A stretch of DNA of 35,931 nt from assembly GCA_013239625.1 (NCBI GenBank), contig MU054187.1, forward strand, positions 16,818,941 to 16,854,871, written 5' to 3'. Positions 23,681-35,931 of the stretch are shown here, piece after piece; positions within the stretch are counted from its first letter, which is position 1, and each line of letters opens with the position of its first letter. Source of the stretch: Lama guanicoe. Taxonomy: Eukaryota. The notes under the pieces are model-generated. The model had not been told where the DNA came from. It worked only from the letters and a program-made list of their open reading frames with translations, and did no database searches. Position numbers and translations under genes: made by a program.

Positions 23681-24329
23681 AGTCTTGTAAAACAGAGCAC
23701 ATAAAATAAGAACACTTATTTTAGTTGAAGACATGTGCTAATTTTTTATTGAGAAATGCATTAAACATTGATACATCCAACCTCTGATTGAACCTTCAGA
23801 CCTGTCACATGTAGGGGCTGTTGAAGATTTATTGCACAATATAAAATTAGGCATATACAGTAAACTTGATAGTAAATGACCTTTGCAGACAGGAGACTGC
23901 CACAGAGAAAAGTTACACAATAGAAGGGGCTTTGGAAAACATATTTAAAGATATTCAAAGATGAGTAATGGAAACTGAAACACATAAAGAGAAAAAAATT
24001 CTCCAATGAAATAGATACACAGAAAATGTACTTTCTGAAATGAATAGATGTTCTTAACATCTCTAATTCATTTGCTATACAACAATCCACACTGAACAGG
24101 TGTTTAACTCCAAACGTATAAATACGCCTGTTTAGTTGTGCCAGTTTCACAAAGTACATATAAAATATAAATATAAAAAGATCTCTTTAATTCATTAAAA
24201 AGGTAAATATTAAAAGTGCAATAAAGACTCACATGAGGATAAATATTATGTGTCAAAATCCTGCTACCCTGTGATCTGACAGGAGGGTGATTTCATTGTG
24301 AGTTGAATTTAACACATGTTTTCCTTGCT

Positions 24330-24486
24330 ATCTGCCCACTTCTCTCTCCTTTTCCTCTCTCCTCTTCTCTTCTGTCCTCTCTTGTCCTCTTCTCTCTGTC
24401 CCCTCCTCCATCTCCTCCTCCTTCCCCCTCTCCACCTCCTGCTCCCCCTTCCCCCTTCTCTCTCTCTCTCTCTTTCTCTTTCCTTA
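24330..24486. repeat. Polypyrimidine/polypurine low-complexity tract (CT/CCT-rich)
   Basis: About 155 nt that are almost entirely C/T on +. This explains the Pro/Ser-rich and Gly/Glu-rich spurious ORFs here. Confidence 0.95.
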
Positions 24487-26769
24487 ACTGAATTAGTGGG
24501 TTGTCCATCACCATCAGGCTTCTTTGAGGATAAATACAGAAATGCCTGCTGCAACTTCAATTTACTGGCATGATGCTCTAATGAATCTTTAATTGGAATT
24601 CATAGAAACTGGGCAAAAAATGTTTTGAAGCTTTAACATTGCTTGTTCAAAGTGTTAAAAGAAAAAAGTTATATCAGATTCACAGAAAGCTATGTAAAAT
24701 TATTTCAAAGTAATGGCATTTATTTCCTACAGATGAGCTCACATCTATTGATTTTTGAAAAGACAAATTAAAACCCATAACTATCAGAAAACAATGTTAA
24801 TAATGAGTCTGTCCAGAAATGGAATCAATTTTTCTCAAGATGATAGAATAAAGTTCATATTTTAAAATCCATTTTCTACAGTACAAATGAATGAATTGCA
24901 CTAGGAAGTGCTCTAAAAAACTCTGAACTAATACTTTCTTGATTGTTGTGTAATTTTAAGTCATATTTTAGGAATCTGTGAGGTTTTTCCCTATGTAAAA
25001 GAGATGAGATACTCAGAGAGACATGTTGTTTCCTTTGCCTTTAAAAAAAAATCATTGGGGACATGTTTTCCTTTTTAAGGTAAAATCCCTTCCATCAACC
25101 CTTTTCCTACCTATTTGGACTCTTACTCCTAAACAGAAGACAGCATTTTTAGTACTTTTAGTAAAATTGGCAGAGGTTGCTAGTATTAGGTATACATTCC
25201 TGGGACACATGATAAAAAAGACATTGCAGAATTCTGGAAGCCAGATGCAACTGTTCTCTTCTGAGTCCGAAGAGCAAGCATCAAGCCTGAAGTAATCAAT
25301 CATGTCCTGGGTGTGTAGGGGGTGCAGCGGGAATGGGGACAATACTCCTGTGCCATAATACCCCACGAACAGGTGACCCTGCTTAACTGTGAAGCTGAAT
25401 TGAATAACAAAACATTTCTCCTTCTCTTACTGCAGAGATATGATACAGGAGATACACTAAGGGCTGACCCTGATCGTTAACACAGCATCTCCCTCTCTTA
25501 TTCTGTTTCCTACTCAGGTGCTCCTCTGGGTTTTTGTTGAGATGTACCATCTTTCTTATTCTTTCTTTATTATTTTCCCTTTTCTCCCTTCCTATTTTAA
25601 AAATAGAGTTTCTATTAGGTTAGGGATTTATCAAAATGGAAAAAAGTAACAACCTACCGTCCTTTCCACCAAACAGAGTTTAGAGGGAAATCTTTATGAC
25701 TGGAATCAAGATTCCATATGAAGGAAAATTATTTTTCCGACTTGAATTTATTCCCCCCACTGCTCCCTGCTTGACATCGTTGAAATCCATCACTTTTTTT
25801 GATCCTTGCAAATTCCTTTGCACTTTTAATGGAAATGGACTTCAAAAGACTGGCCTGGAGTTTTATGCATGAAGTAAAGCTGGTAGAAGACATTGACCAA
25901 TGGAAGTGCCACCTCCTTCTCCCTCTTGTCTTCCAGTTGGCTTCACAATTGGTAAGTCTAGTAATTCTTCAACCATTGCTTCACCCTGCAGCCTGAAACG
26001 CTGCCTTGAAGAGCTTGCATTTAGATTTGTGTGTTTTGTCTTTCCCACACTCTAAGGCTATTCAGGTGACTGCAATAAAGCTTATGCATGAGAGGAAGTT
26101 TTTCTGCAATCAATGATGGATGAATGGTTAAATTATGGAGTTGGAGAGTTCAATTTTTTAAAAAATTTTAATTTACAGTACTGTTCTAGTGTTGAGCTAA
26201 AACGGTTCAAACATAGAATTATGCAAGGAATTCAGTCATTTAATTTAACGACTGATATATTTTATAGAAATACATCAAGCTGTTGTCTTTGCAGCATTTT
26301 AATTGCTCTCTAGTAGTAAAATTAAGAATTCATCGAGATACTCTTTTGGCAATCTATAAATATTGTTTAATTTTTCAGTGAATTTTTCTCTTTCCTTTTA
26401 TACTGTGCTCCCGATGAAGTCTCTGTTAACCTTTTTATTTTTTGTTCATTATCTAGTCAACAAAATTTTATCTAGCACTTAACTCTGTACCAGGTGCTAC
26501 GTTGACCTCAAAGATACATACAGTAGTGATCAAGACCAGGAAATTCTTATCTTCAAGGTCTGTACAGGCTACTTGGAGAAACAGAAAGTAAATGATATGA
26601 TAAGTGTTACCATGGAAATAATTACTATGGAAGCATATGAGGTCTGATTTTTGATTCTGTTCTTCTGCAATCATATTAGCATCATCTGTTTGCCTTCTTT
26701 TCTTTCCACAATCAATCCTGTCTCCCTTGTGGAACTTTTTCCCCTTCTGTTTACTGGATAAATTAGCAC

Positions 26770-27070
26770 CTTTAACCTAGCTATTTCAAAGCCCCTGTGG
26801 AATAATTCAGCATCAGGGCCATCCCAGTTTCATCCTCTATTGATGTTTTCTTGTATTGATCATGGGTCACATTTTCTCACATTTGTGTGGGTTTCAAGTT
26901 TATTATACATGGTAAATTTGTATTAAGACAGTAAAAACTAAGGTGTCATACGACTAGAGTGTAGAACTCTGTAGCTGGTCTGAATCTGGGCTTTCGTACA
27001 GCTTTAGTTTGATTCAAGTTTATTGCTGACTATGAGCAGAACATTTCCTTTTCCAGGCCTCTGAGCTCTC
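26770..27070 (-). mobile_element. Old L1M 5'/ORF1-proximal fragment
   Basis: tttcaaagcccctgtggaataattcagcatcagggccatc...ctctattgatgttttcttgtattgatcatgggtcacattttctc matches the recalled antisense L1MD/ME 5' region. Confidence 0.6.
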
Positions 27071-27461
27071 CTTAAGCTTTACAGTTAGATCCCCAGTTAC
27101 ATCAGCCCTCTAAACCGTGGCAGAGAGATCTCTGCCTCCTTCTGTCTCTGTCTCTGTCTCTGTCCCTCTCTCTCTGTCTCCTATCTTACGGTCTAATTGT
27201 CAGCTTTTTGGCTGGGAGGAAACTGCTCTTGGCTGTCTGCAACTTGAGTGATCTCTCCCTCTTTGGCTGTTTCTCTGGCTGTTTCTCTCTTTCTGTCATT
27301 CTGTGGCTTCCCAATTTGGGGAGTGTAGCTGAATTATACTCTGTGAAGTCCCAGAATAACTCGCTGGACTTCTCCAAGTTCTCCTGCCTCTCCTGACTCT
27401 GACAGCTGAAAACCCAGAGTGTTTCCTCTACCTCCAGTTTTTAGTATTTTATTTTATTATC

Positions 27462-28078
27462 TTATTTATTTTTTCAGCTTGGTTGAGATATAATTGACAA
27501 AGAAAATTGTATATATGTAAATTGCAAAATGTGACAAATTTGACATATGTGTACTTGTGAAAGGATGATCACATTGGGTTAATTAACACACCTAGCACCT
27601 CACATAGGTAACTTTGTGTGTGTGTGTTCTTAAGGTTTACTCTCAGTGAATTTCAAGTACACAGCACAGTACTATCAACTATAATCACCATGCTTCATTC
27701 TGTACATTAGATCCCCAAACCTTATTCATCATATAACTGAAGGTTTGTACCTTTTGACCTGCATCTTCCCATCATCCCTATGTTCCCTCAACCTTGGTAA
27801 CCGCCATTCTATTCTCTGTTTCTATGAATTCAACTTTTTTTTTTAAGACTACACATATAAGTGAGACTATTTAGTATTTGTCTTTCTCTGTCTGGCTAAT
27901 TTTACTTAGAATTATGTCTTCTGGATCCATCCATATTATTGCAAATGATAGAATTTTCTTCTTTTTCATGGCTGAATAATATTTTTTACTGTGTATATAT
28001 GACATATTCCCTCTACATTCATCCATCCATAAATACTTAGGTTCTCTCCATATGTATTTTGGCTACTGTGCATAATAT
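27462..28078 (-). mobile_element. L1MA-type (L1MA8-10-like) 3' end
   Basis: ttgagatataattgacaaagaaaattgtatat...tgtacattagatccccaaaccttattcatc...cacatataagtgagac...gtatttgtctttctctgtctggct...tttttcatggctgaataatatt. Confidence 0.92.
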
Positions 28079-28096
28079 AATAATAATAATACTATT

Positions 28097-28309
28097 ATTG
28101 CTGATATGGGGAAATTTGCGGTAGTCTGCATAGAAGATCACACCAGCCACACCATTCTCTTAAGCCAAAGTCTAACCCAGAGCAAGGTCCTAACTCTCTT
28201 CAATTTTATGAAGGCTGAGAGAGGTGAGGAAGCTGTAGAAGAAAAGTTTGAAGCTAGCAGAGGCTAGTTCACAAGGTTTAAGGAAAGACGCTGTCTCCAT
28301 GATATAAAA
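28097..28309 (+). mobile_element. Tigger1 transposase internal fragment (CENP-B-type HTH region), one in-frame stop
   Basis: Translates as [70 protein letters not shown], colinear with recalled Tigger1 ([64 protein letters not shown]). TAG at 28265. Confidence 0.92.
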
Positions 28310-30729
28310 TATTTAAATTCTTATTAAGCCATGGAATGGTGCCAAGTTGGAAATAAATGCTGGAGCTCGGTGTGCTTATTGGTGTTTTGCACAGTAGCAA
28401 TTAATTGTCAGACCATTTAGTGAGTGTTCCTGAGCTAAAGTTCAGATACTATGATTATTGAAATTTTCCATCAGAATATTTTGATTTGGTAGAAAAGATT
28501 TCGTTGACATAAATTTGAAACATGGGAAATTTTATAAAGTTATCTGCTTTTCAGTAATGGAGACATGTTAGCAAATATGTTTCAGATTGAAAGGGATTTT
28601 CTTTTTTTCAAAATTGCAGCCAGTGTATAACCTCCCATTTGCCAATAGAGTAAAAAATTAGTAGAAGAGGTCATTCTCAGGTAGTAGGTAAACATAGTAT
28701 TCTTGTAAATTATGCACTGGAGAAATCATAACTCTATGTGCTCTAGGACTGAACAGATTTCTGCTTTGTCAATAGAAACAATATGATCCAGATTTGCTGA
28801 AATAGAATGAACTGAAATTTTAAGCTTTAAATTTTTAATAATGATCAATTGAAATATGGAACGATGGAATTTTTGTTCACTTACAGTTTTCATTATACAT
28901 GGAAGAAATCATTTTGGGAAGGATTATCATAAAGAAAAAGGATCAAATGAAATATAAAAAAGATCATCAGGAATGAATGACAGAGAACCAAGCATGTAAC
29001 AAGGACTGGATAGAAAATGTGTAAACAGAATTTCCCTAGTGTTTTATTTTGTGCAATATTTATTGAAGAAATTTGAAACTAACTCTACTATTACAGAGAG
29101 GCAATCTCTATATTTTTTGTGCTTGATATAAAATTATCTTTCAGTTTCTCATTCACTAAAACTGTATATATCTTATTCTTTAGTATATGTTTGGTTACTT
29201 TCAACAAATATTTTGTGTTTTTGTTTTCTTTATAGAGACCTGAACCCTTAAAATTAAAGAACCTTTTTAAGTTAAACCAATTGGCAGTGACATCCAGCTT
29301 CTGATGACCTTGGTAAATGACATCTCATTTAGGATGGTGTCCGTATTGGGTTACCTATCAGAATTCCACCACGCATTTACCAAAAAAGAAAAAAACAAAT
29401 CCGTAGGTAAAAATAAGTTAGCTTTATCCTAAGGTATTGCATAAAAGTAAAAGATAAGATCAAACTTTAAATTCTTCTGGATGGAGAAGGTCTGTTCCTG
29501 CTGAATTTTAGTCATTTGCACTTTTAGTAGCTTCCTACTCTTTCTGTTACTTAGTAGAAATATTTCACAGGTCAGAATCATCAAACTCCCTAAGAGATAG
29601 TTTTGCCTGTAGATTTGACCAGAGACTATTTTACTGAGCACATGGTTTGGCCTTTTGACAAAGATGAATTGTTTGTTTGCTCATTTGCTTTTGTTGCCCT
29701 AGGCCCTCAGGACCTACAGAGTTGGCAATCGTTGTCTGTTTCAGGTGCCTGACCCTTTGATCCTGGTGTCATGATCCTTCTGGTTACAATTTCCTCTTAC
29801 GCCTTGGCGTGCACATCTTTCCCCAACTGTACTTTATCTGCTACCGAGCCCTATGATGGCATCTCTTAAACCTTCTACTGTTCTGGTAACTTTTATAAAA
29901 GACTGTGTAGAATAATCTTCCAAAAATCTTCTAAGGTTTCTTAGAACATACTGTTTTTTCAGTGTACTAATAGTTTCCTATGGAAGTTTCTTATTTCATG
30001 GAATTCTGCCGGAGTCAAACTATCCTAGTCATCTCAAAAGTATGCTTATAACCAATGGACACTTACATTCAATGGATTTTGATGAAACTTCTATTTTATG
30101 GTAATGTCAACTACTAGGTTTGACCATGAATAATCAATGAAATGTATGTGTCTATTGAATGTAAGTCAGGACTCTGTTCATAGTTTTAAAAAATGCAATG
30201 ATATTCATCCCTTGAACTTTTTCTTTTTGTGCCTTTAATATTAGAATTTTAACATTTTCCTTTGAATAATGCGCTTCTATATATTTTATTTAATTTGACC
30301 ATACAACAATGTTATGGTTGATAAACCATCCTAGAAGCATTTACTTCTGACTCAACATCAAAAAATCTTAAAAAACTCATTTTGATAAGAAAATGTACTC
30401 AATTATTAAATATTATGAGATAATAAATAGTAAAATAAAGTATGTTAAGATGCTTCATGAACTGTTATATAAAGGTTAATAATTTTTTGCTGTTAGTAAT
30501 TATTATTAAGCACCCTTATTGGTCTATAATAATGTATTCAGTGTGAAGACAAAAAATGAGTCAGAGTGAAACTGTCATTTTTCATTTGTGTAAGGACAGT
30601 GTGTTACTGATTATAGTACAATCTGGCCAATGGTTGTCAAAATTCATCATCACCAAACATTCTTACGTTTCTCTAGTAAATTCTCTCTCCACAAAAGAAG
30701 TTGTCTTTGTAGTTGACAAAAAATGGATC

Positions 30730-30858
30730 TGAAATAAATTTGCTGTATTTGTATTCAAGCCTTTTCATTTACTTGATGTGAAATCTATCAACTGTAAAAT
30801 TGGGGTAATAAAATGGCCTATCTGGAAGAGTTGTTATCAATTCAGTAAAATAATTTTT
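30730..30858 (+). mobile_element. MIR fragment
   Basis: tcaactgtaaaattggggtaataaaatggcctatctggaagagttgtt. Confidence 0.6.
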
Positions 30859-31604
30859 ATTTAGAATAACATATTCCCTTTACTCAAATACTTGACAACC
30901 CTTCCACTTTCATTTTCAGCAAATGACCTTCTCTCATATTAGAAACCATTGGATGAGCACTCCCCCATCAGCCCTGCACCTGTACCTCCAAGCTGATGGT
31001 CATCTACACTCTTCTTTGCTCCTTTGACAACGAAGGAAGCCTCCTCACCTACCAAAGACAAATGCTTCATGTTTGCTTGGAATTCCTTGCTTTTTCTCTT
31101 TGTCAATACTGAACTCCTTCAATTTATCCACTTCTTGTTAGCTCAAAATTTTTTTTTTTATAATTGATTATTCTTACTAATATTCAAATGTCACCTATCA
31201 TCTATCATGGCTTGTGTTAAAAGCATCTGTTGATTCCCTCATCAGCCTCTCATTTCCTTCACTTCTTGACCTATCCTCACTCTCCTTCAAAGGCAAACTT
31301 CTTGAAAGACTTGTCTACAAGCTGTTGCTGCCTTGTCATCACTTTCCATTCATTTTCCGACTACCTAAATTCTTGGCTTCCCCTTGCATTGCTTCATCAG
31401 ACTGCTCTGGCCAATATCACTCACCTAACCCCTTGCTGTTAAATTTAAGGCACACTTTTTCCGTCATCTTAATGTCCTCCCCACAGCAGTGCACACTAAT
31501 GACTGCTCCTTAAGCTTTCATGCAGTCTCTCCCAGTGGCCTCCATGACATCGTGTTTTCCTTTCTTTTTCCTTTCTCAGCTTCCTTTCCCAAATCCTTCT
31601 CTCA

Positions 31605-31762
31605 AGAGCTTCGCAGAATTTAACATATTGATCATCAAGAGGTCGTCAAAAAACAAATTATGAGTCAGTAGGTCTGGAATGAGTCCTGAGATGCTACATT
31701 TCTAACAAGCTTTCAAGGAATGCTGGTGCTGTTATTTCACGGACCACATTTTGAGGAAAAGT
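31605..31762 (-). mobile_element. MER5A (hAT-Charlie) DNA transposon
   Basis: tgagtcagtaggtctggaatgagtcctgagatgctacatttctaacaagctttcaaggaatgctggtgctg...ggaccacattttgag. Confidence 0.85.
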
Positions 31763-32032
31763 TTCTATAAAATCACTAGAAAGCCTCAAGCCTCACTCTT
31801 GGGCTTGTAACTTCTCACGCAGAGCCCTCTTCCCAAGGCAAGCTCACCCATTTGCATGGTTTAAATACAGCACACATGCTAATGCTCTCAAATGTAAATA
31901 TCCATCCTGAACTCCTTTTCTAATTTCCAGGTCCATATGTCAAATTCCTCCATGGCATTATCTGTCCAATGTTTTATTGTTATTGTAAACTTCTGAACTC
32001 TTAAGCTTTTCTCCAACTCTTTACCTCCTTTT

Positions 32033-32645
32033 TGTTAGAGCAGGCAGATAGCTAGATATGAGCAGAGAAAGGGAGACATAGGCCAAATGGCAGGAATTGG
32101 GCAGAAAGGAGGGGCGCAGGCCACATGCAGGAAACCAAACATCATGTAAGCACCAAGTGTCCATGGGCAGAGAAAGAATAGCAGGAACCTCTGGGCTTAT
32201 AAGTGGTTGCACTTTTGGGGGTGATGAGCAGCTTGGAGGCTGACAAAGAAAGGTGGGAAAAGGCAGGATTCCAGTGTCCAAATGTAACCTGTTGGTCATT
32301 ATGCCCTCATTCAATAAAATTAGCCTTGCAGATTAGAAGTACCCATCATGCACCGACACCATGACACTTCCCATCCAGACTAAATAAGGACAAAAATCCC
32401 TCCTCCCCTCGGGAAGGTGGAGTTGGGATGAAGATCAAGGAATAGGACCCCAGATCCTCCCCTCCCTAATGAATATTCCACACATTCATTTTTACATCTT
32501 ACATAACCAACTTGCCAATGAAACTCAGGGCAGCTGCTTACCTGAGCCTGCCAGCTATCCCTTGAGAAATTCTCACTTTCTTAATTTTGGCGTCTTGTCT
32601 CTGAATTCTTTCTGGGATGGGACAAGAACCTGGACACCTGTTACA
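32033..32645 (+). mobile_element. Solo LTR, ERV1-type (613 bp)
   Basis: Begins TGTTAGAGCAGGCAGATAGCTAGATATGAGCAG and ends ctgaattctttctgggatgggacaagaacctgg...TTACA. L2 is colinear on both sides. TSD not clear. Confidence 0.8.
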
Positions 32646-32966
32646 TCTACTGGCAAAATTTAAAATATCCATTTCAGTTAGTGGTGCCTCTAACTACCCA
32701 GGAGTAAAGCCAGAAATTTGATGCCAAACTCTACTTCTTTTATCTGCTAAATGTAATCCTTCACCATTTCACTTTCCTACAGAATGCATTTTAAAATTGT
32801 CCACATTTTTCCTCGTCAGGGAACCAACTCTAGCTTCCACTTATTCTTCAAGATGTGGCTTAGAGATCCATTTCCTCAATGTATCTTTCATGTCTGGCCC
32901 AACTAAGAAAATAATTTAATTCATCTTGTAAATTTGTAATTATATGTTTATTTCCCTACTTCTACA

Positions 32967-33404
32967 TGTGAATGAAGAATCACCTGCCATATTAGTGAAA
33001 AAAGGATATTGTGACCACTAAGCCATCAGCCACTTCAACTTTCCTCCTTCCACTGTGAACCCTGGGGAACTCAGGATAGGGAAGAACAGGAAACTGGCCC
33101 TAGATAGATAAGGTGCACAACAAAGAAATGATTTCAATGAGCCCAGACTTTTGCATCTTCCCATTCCTAGAAGAGCACTAAGTTAATTAACCTGAGATTA
33201 ATTAACAGTAATCTTTTGATTTTCCAACTACCTGGTTTTTGTTGCAAGACTCCCATATATCCTGGTTCCTCCCTCACCTTTTCAGAGGGGTCCCCTCAGA
33301 GCGACCCAAGAGGCTGCCTCCCATGCTTGGGTCCACAGAAGGTCCACTAAATAAAACAGTATTCTCAACTATTAGGCTGTGCATTTTTTTTCTCTCAGTC
33401 GCTA
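32967..33404 (+). mobile_element. Solo LTR, ERV1 MER34A-related (438 bp)
   Basis: TG start; AATAAA followed by tctcaactattaggctgtgcattttttt...cagtcgcta (cf. ...ttgtgcatttttttcagtcgaca). 4-bp TSD taca/tgca with one mismatch. Confidence 0.85.
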
Positions 33405-34903
33405 TGCACTAGACTTTGAGCTTCATAAACCCAGAGATCGTGTTGGTTTTGCTTAGCATGGTACCACCATCTAGCCGAGTGCTTGGACTTCAGATTCATT
33501 GAATGAATACTTCAATTTGGATAAAGATGAGAAAAGAGGGTTTTGATCCAGAGATCTTGACCTTCTAATTCTGTGATTTATTCTGCCACTGTGATACTTA
33601 AGTCACTCAAATTGAATTAATTTTCAACTGTCATTAATTTAAAGAGCTGCTTGATTTTTCCCTTAGGCCTTAGCTGCTAGATGGAATGATCCTCTTTTTC
33701 TGAACATCAGCAGTTCACAGGTATTGTGTATTCAGGCTCACTGAAAACCAGAATTTGGTTATATTTTGTTAGAGAACAATTATTTACATAATGCATAGGT
33801 GAAGATCTGACATGGAGAGTTAAGAAATGCAAGAGCTTATCTAATCAAAAGGCGCCCGAATTATTTCCTCTCTAGTGCCAAAGTCCATTAGCTGCTGGTA
33901 ACGGCTTAAAGTGGTGGGGTGAGAATGAACATGATACCTGTCTGGGCAGGGGGGTGAGGAGGGCTGGGACCCATTTGCAATGTCTGTCACAGCTGCAGGG
34001 TTGAAGCCAGGGGCTTTGTGACATCTATTTCAACTCTTACTTGGTGCATAAAGGATTTTGAAATCAGGAAGAATGTTTGATGTACTCAAGTTCCCACTAC
34101 CAGTTCCAGACATAAAACTAGAATTTTAATTTCTTAAATTTTACATCTATTCTATATATTTCTAGAATTTTCTCTTATTTCAGTTTTTCTCACAACATTT
34201 CTGTTTATCTAATTTTCTCCTAGAATTTAATGCATGTGCATAGCCTTTTGTTCTTGTTGTAATTACATATGCTTCCTTAAGGTAATATATCAGCTTTCTG
34301 TTTATTCAGATGCCTAATGATGTCCAAAGCAAAAAACATATATATATATATCTCATTGAGTCAGTATTTTCTAATTTGCTGGCAATAACTATTTGTAGAT
34401 CCAAGTCTGTTTCAAATATGTTACTAGCAAATTCATCTGAATTTGAAACTTGAAAGATTAGAAATTGTCTTAAGAATAATTACAAAATCCCTGCCCTACT
34501 TCTTCCCTTGAAAATATTTTTTTTCTTGGAGTGTGGCCTGTTATTATGCTTATTTTAAAATGGAAGTTGGAATCTGCCACTTAGATCATTCAATTAGCAT
34601 CAGTAAAAATGGATCAAATTAGTCACTGAAATTGCTTTAAAACTTGAATAAATATATGATGGATTGTAAGCATTTTATTCACCCATTCTCAATTAAAAAA
34701 TATTTTCAGACAAAAGTAGAAGCATAACCTCTTAATGGATGTAAAGTGAGAACTTATACCTAAGATTTGCCTTGTTGAAGGCTGAGATATTTTAAGAGGT
34801 GTGATAAATGAGATTAGGCCTTCTCGTTGAAATGTATAAGGCTGCTCCGCATTAGAGAAACCGGAGAATATTCACTGAATGAAGAAAAAAATCCCTTTTT
34901 GTA

Positions 34904-35005
34904 TGAAAACAAAAATATGTATGTATAAGCATGACTGGGACATTGTGCTATGCACCAGAAATTGACACATTGTAACTGACTGTATTTCAGTTAAGAAAAA
35001 AATAG
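34904..35005 (+). mobile_element. Short L1 3' end (same family) with a perfect 17-bp TSD
   Basis: atgactgggacattgtgctatgcaccagaaattgacacattgtaactgactgtatttcagtt plus an A tail. AAAAATCCCTTTTTGTA at 34887-34903 and 35006-35022. Confidence 0.93.
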
Positions 35006-35814
35006 AAAAATCCCTTTTTGTAAAAATAAAATTCTAGAAAAGCAGGAGTGATAGCAATATCAAAAACGAAAACACTGATTAAAGACACTTGAATGCAGCA
35101 CAGAAGCATTTCTTACTGTACAATATTAAAAAAAATCTAGAATAGATTTGATAACAAACAAACAAAAATATATTCTGATATTTTGCCAAAATCTATACAT
35201 AATTTTGAGGCTTGGAAATAAACATCTTTGTGTGAGGGTCTAGGTACCCACTGAGTAGCTCAGTCACTTTGCATCGGGGAAGCAAAATTGACCTCTGGGT
35301 CCAGCAAAACAGGACTCTGAGAAGCCCAGTTTTGGCGAGTCTCTCTAAGCTTGTATTACATGTCCGTTTTTACTTCATTTTGTAGACTCTTCAAGAGATA
35401 GCATATAAGCTTCAAGATAACTCAGTCTATCAAACGATCAGAACTCTGAGCAACTTGCCTCGTCTCTCAGAGGCACTTCCTGACATGACAGTGAGCGCAG
35501 TAACAATACACAGTCCTGCTCTGCGCTTCAGCCTCGCTTCCATCTCTTTTTTTTTTCTTATCCTCACGGCCCTTGGCTTGTACTTGTCACATAAAGAATC
35601 AGCATTTTAACCCTTGTCTCGGACTCTGGTTTCAAGAGAGTCTGTGCTAATCATTGCCCTATTGGGGTAAAAATTTCCATACGTGAGTTCACAAAATAGT
35701 GTATTATTATTTTTTTCCAGAAGGTTTTACTGGGTCAATTCTACTCTCCCTTTGGGTATTGCAATGTAATTAAAGATATATTTATTTATGTAAATTACAA
35801 GTTGAAACATATGC

Positions 35815-35931
35815 AACATTATATATTAATATATAAATATTAAATGCATATAAGTATATAGAAATTTAAATATTTTATAATATATCATATATGATATATA
35901 AAATCTATTTTCATATATATATATATATATA
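35815..35931. repeat. AT-rich low-complexity sequence ending in (TA)n
   Basis: Read directly; runs to the window edge. Confidence 0.9.

Larger units (their letters stand above)
30880..33510 (+). mobile_element. LINE-2 fossil (pre-RT region to 3' tail) split by MER5A and two LTRs
   Basis: LSFKGKLLERLVY (ORF 31214-31513; cf. LPFTAKLLERVVY), HQTALANIT, an HGFKY..ADD-like region at about 31856-31900, continuation at 32660-32965, and tail ctagactttgagcttc...cattgaatgaat at 33409-33508. Confidence 0.85.

Noticed and set aside
24092..24135. Hairpin ctgaacaggtgt...acgcctgtttag as a pre-miRNA
   Set aside because: The stem is only about 12 bp, too short, and I recognise no mature miRNA.
23761..24159. 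132-aa minus-strand ORF
   Set aside because: F/I/C/L-rich composition typical of chance ORFs in AT-rich DNA; no recognisable domain.
24293..24573. Pro/Ser-rich and Gly/Glu/Arg-rich ORFs
   Set aside because: Artefacts of the CT-rich low-complexity tract.
29236..29312. 77-nt exon-like segment (ttttctttatag|...TTG|gtaaat) and a further acceptor-like site at 29703
   Set aside because: Stops in all three frames and moderate signals. It could be non-coding, but the sequence alone does not support it.
32033..33404. Two LTRs as the ends of one provirus
   Set aside because: Their sequences are unrelated and the intervening DNA is L2, not ERV internal sequence.
1..35931. A novel multi-gene, CRISPR-like, operon-like or viral system
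   Set aside because: There are no long ORFs (maximum 137 aa), no repeat-spacer array and no gene density. The content fits mammalian intronic or intergenic DNA.

Overview
This window is AT-rich, CpG-poor mammalian (placental) genomic DNA. It is not prokaryotic or viral, and I can name no intact protein-coding gene. Much of it is decayed interspersed repeats: three long LINE-2 fossils (1-2760 on -, 13900-14870 on -, 30880-33510 on +), several MIRs, old L1M fragments, an ERVL integrase/dUTPase remnant, a Tigger2-family element with both TIRs, a Tigger1 transposase fragment, MER5A and two solo ERV1-type LTRs. There are also three short, younger L1 3' ends that resemble the cetartiodactyl (probably camelid) L1 tail, and one bare poly(A) insertion with a 19-bp TSD. 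The supplied ORFs are either TE remnants or chance ORFs. The most interesting non-repeat signal is a set of strong + strand splice signals in repeat-poor blocks: acceptors at 11754, 12107 and 12251, a 17-nt candidate microexon (12251-12267), a NAGNAG 13/10-nt candidate microexon (22618/22621-22630), and a strong acceptor at 22734 followed by 3'UTR-like sequence with AATAAA signals. Together these suggest the alternatively spliced 3' end of a large gene I cannot identify. I see no support for a new multi-gene system. Repeat family names come from recalled consensus sequences, not a database search, and most repeat boundaries are approximate.
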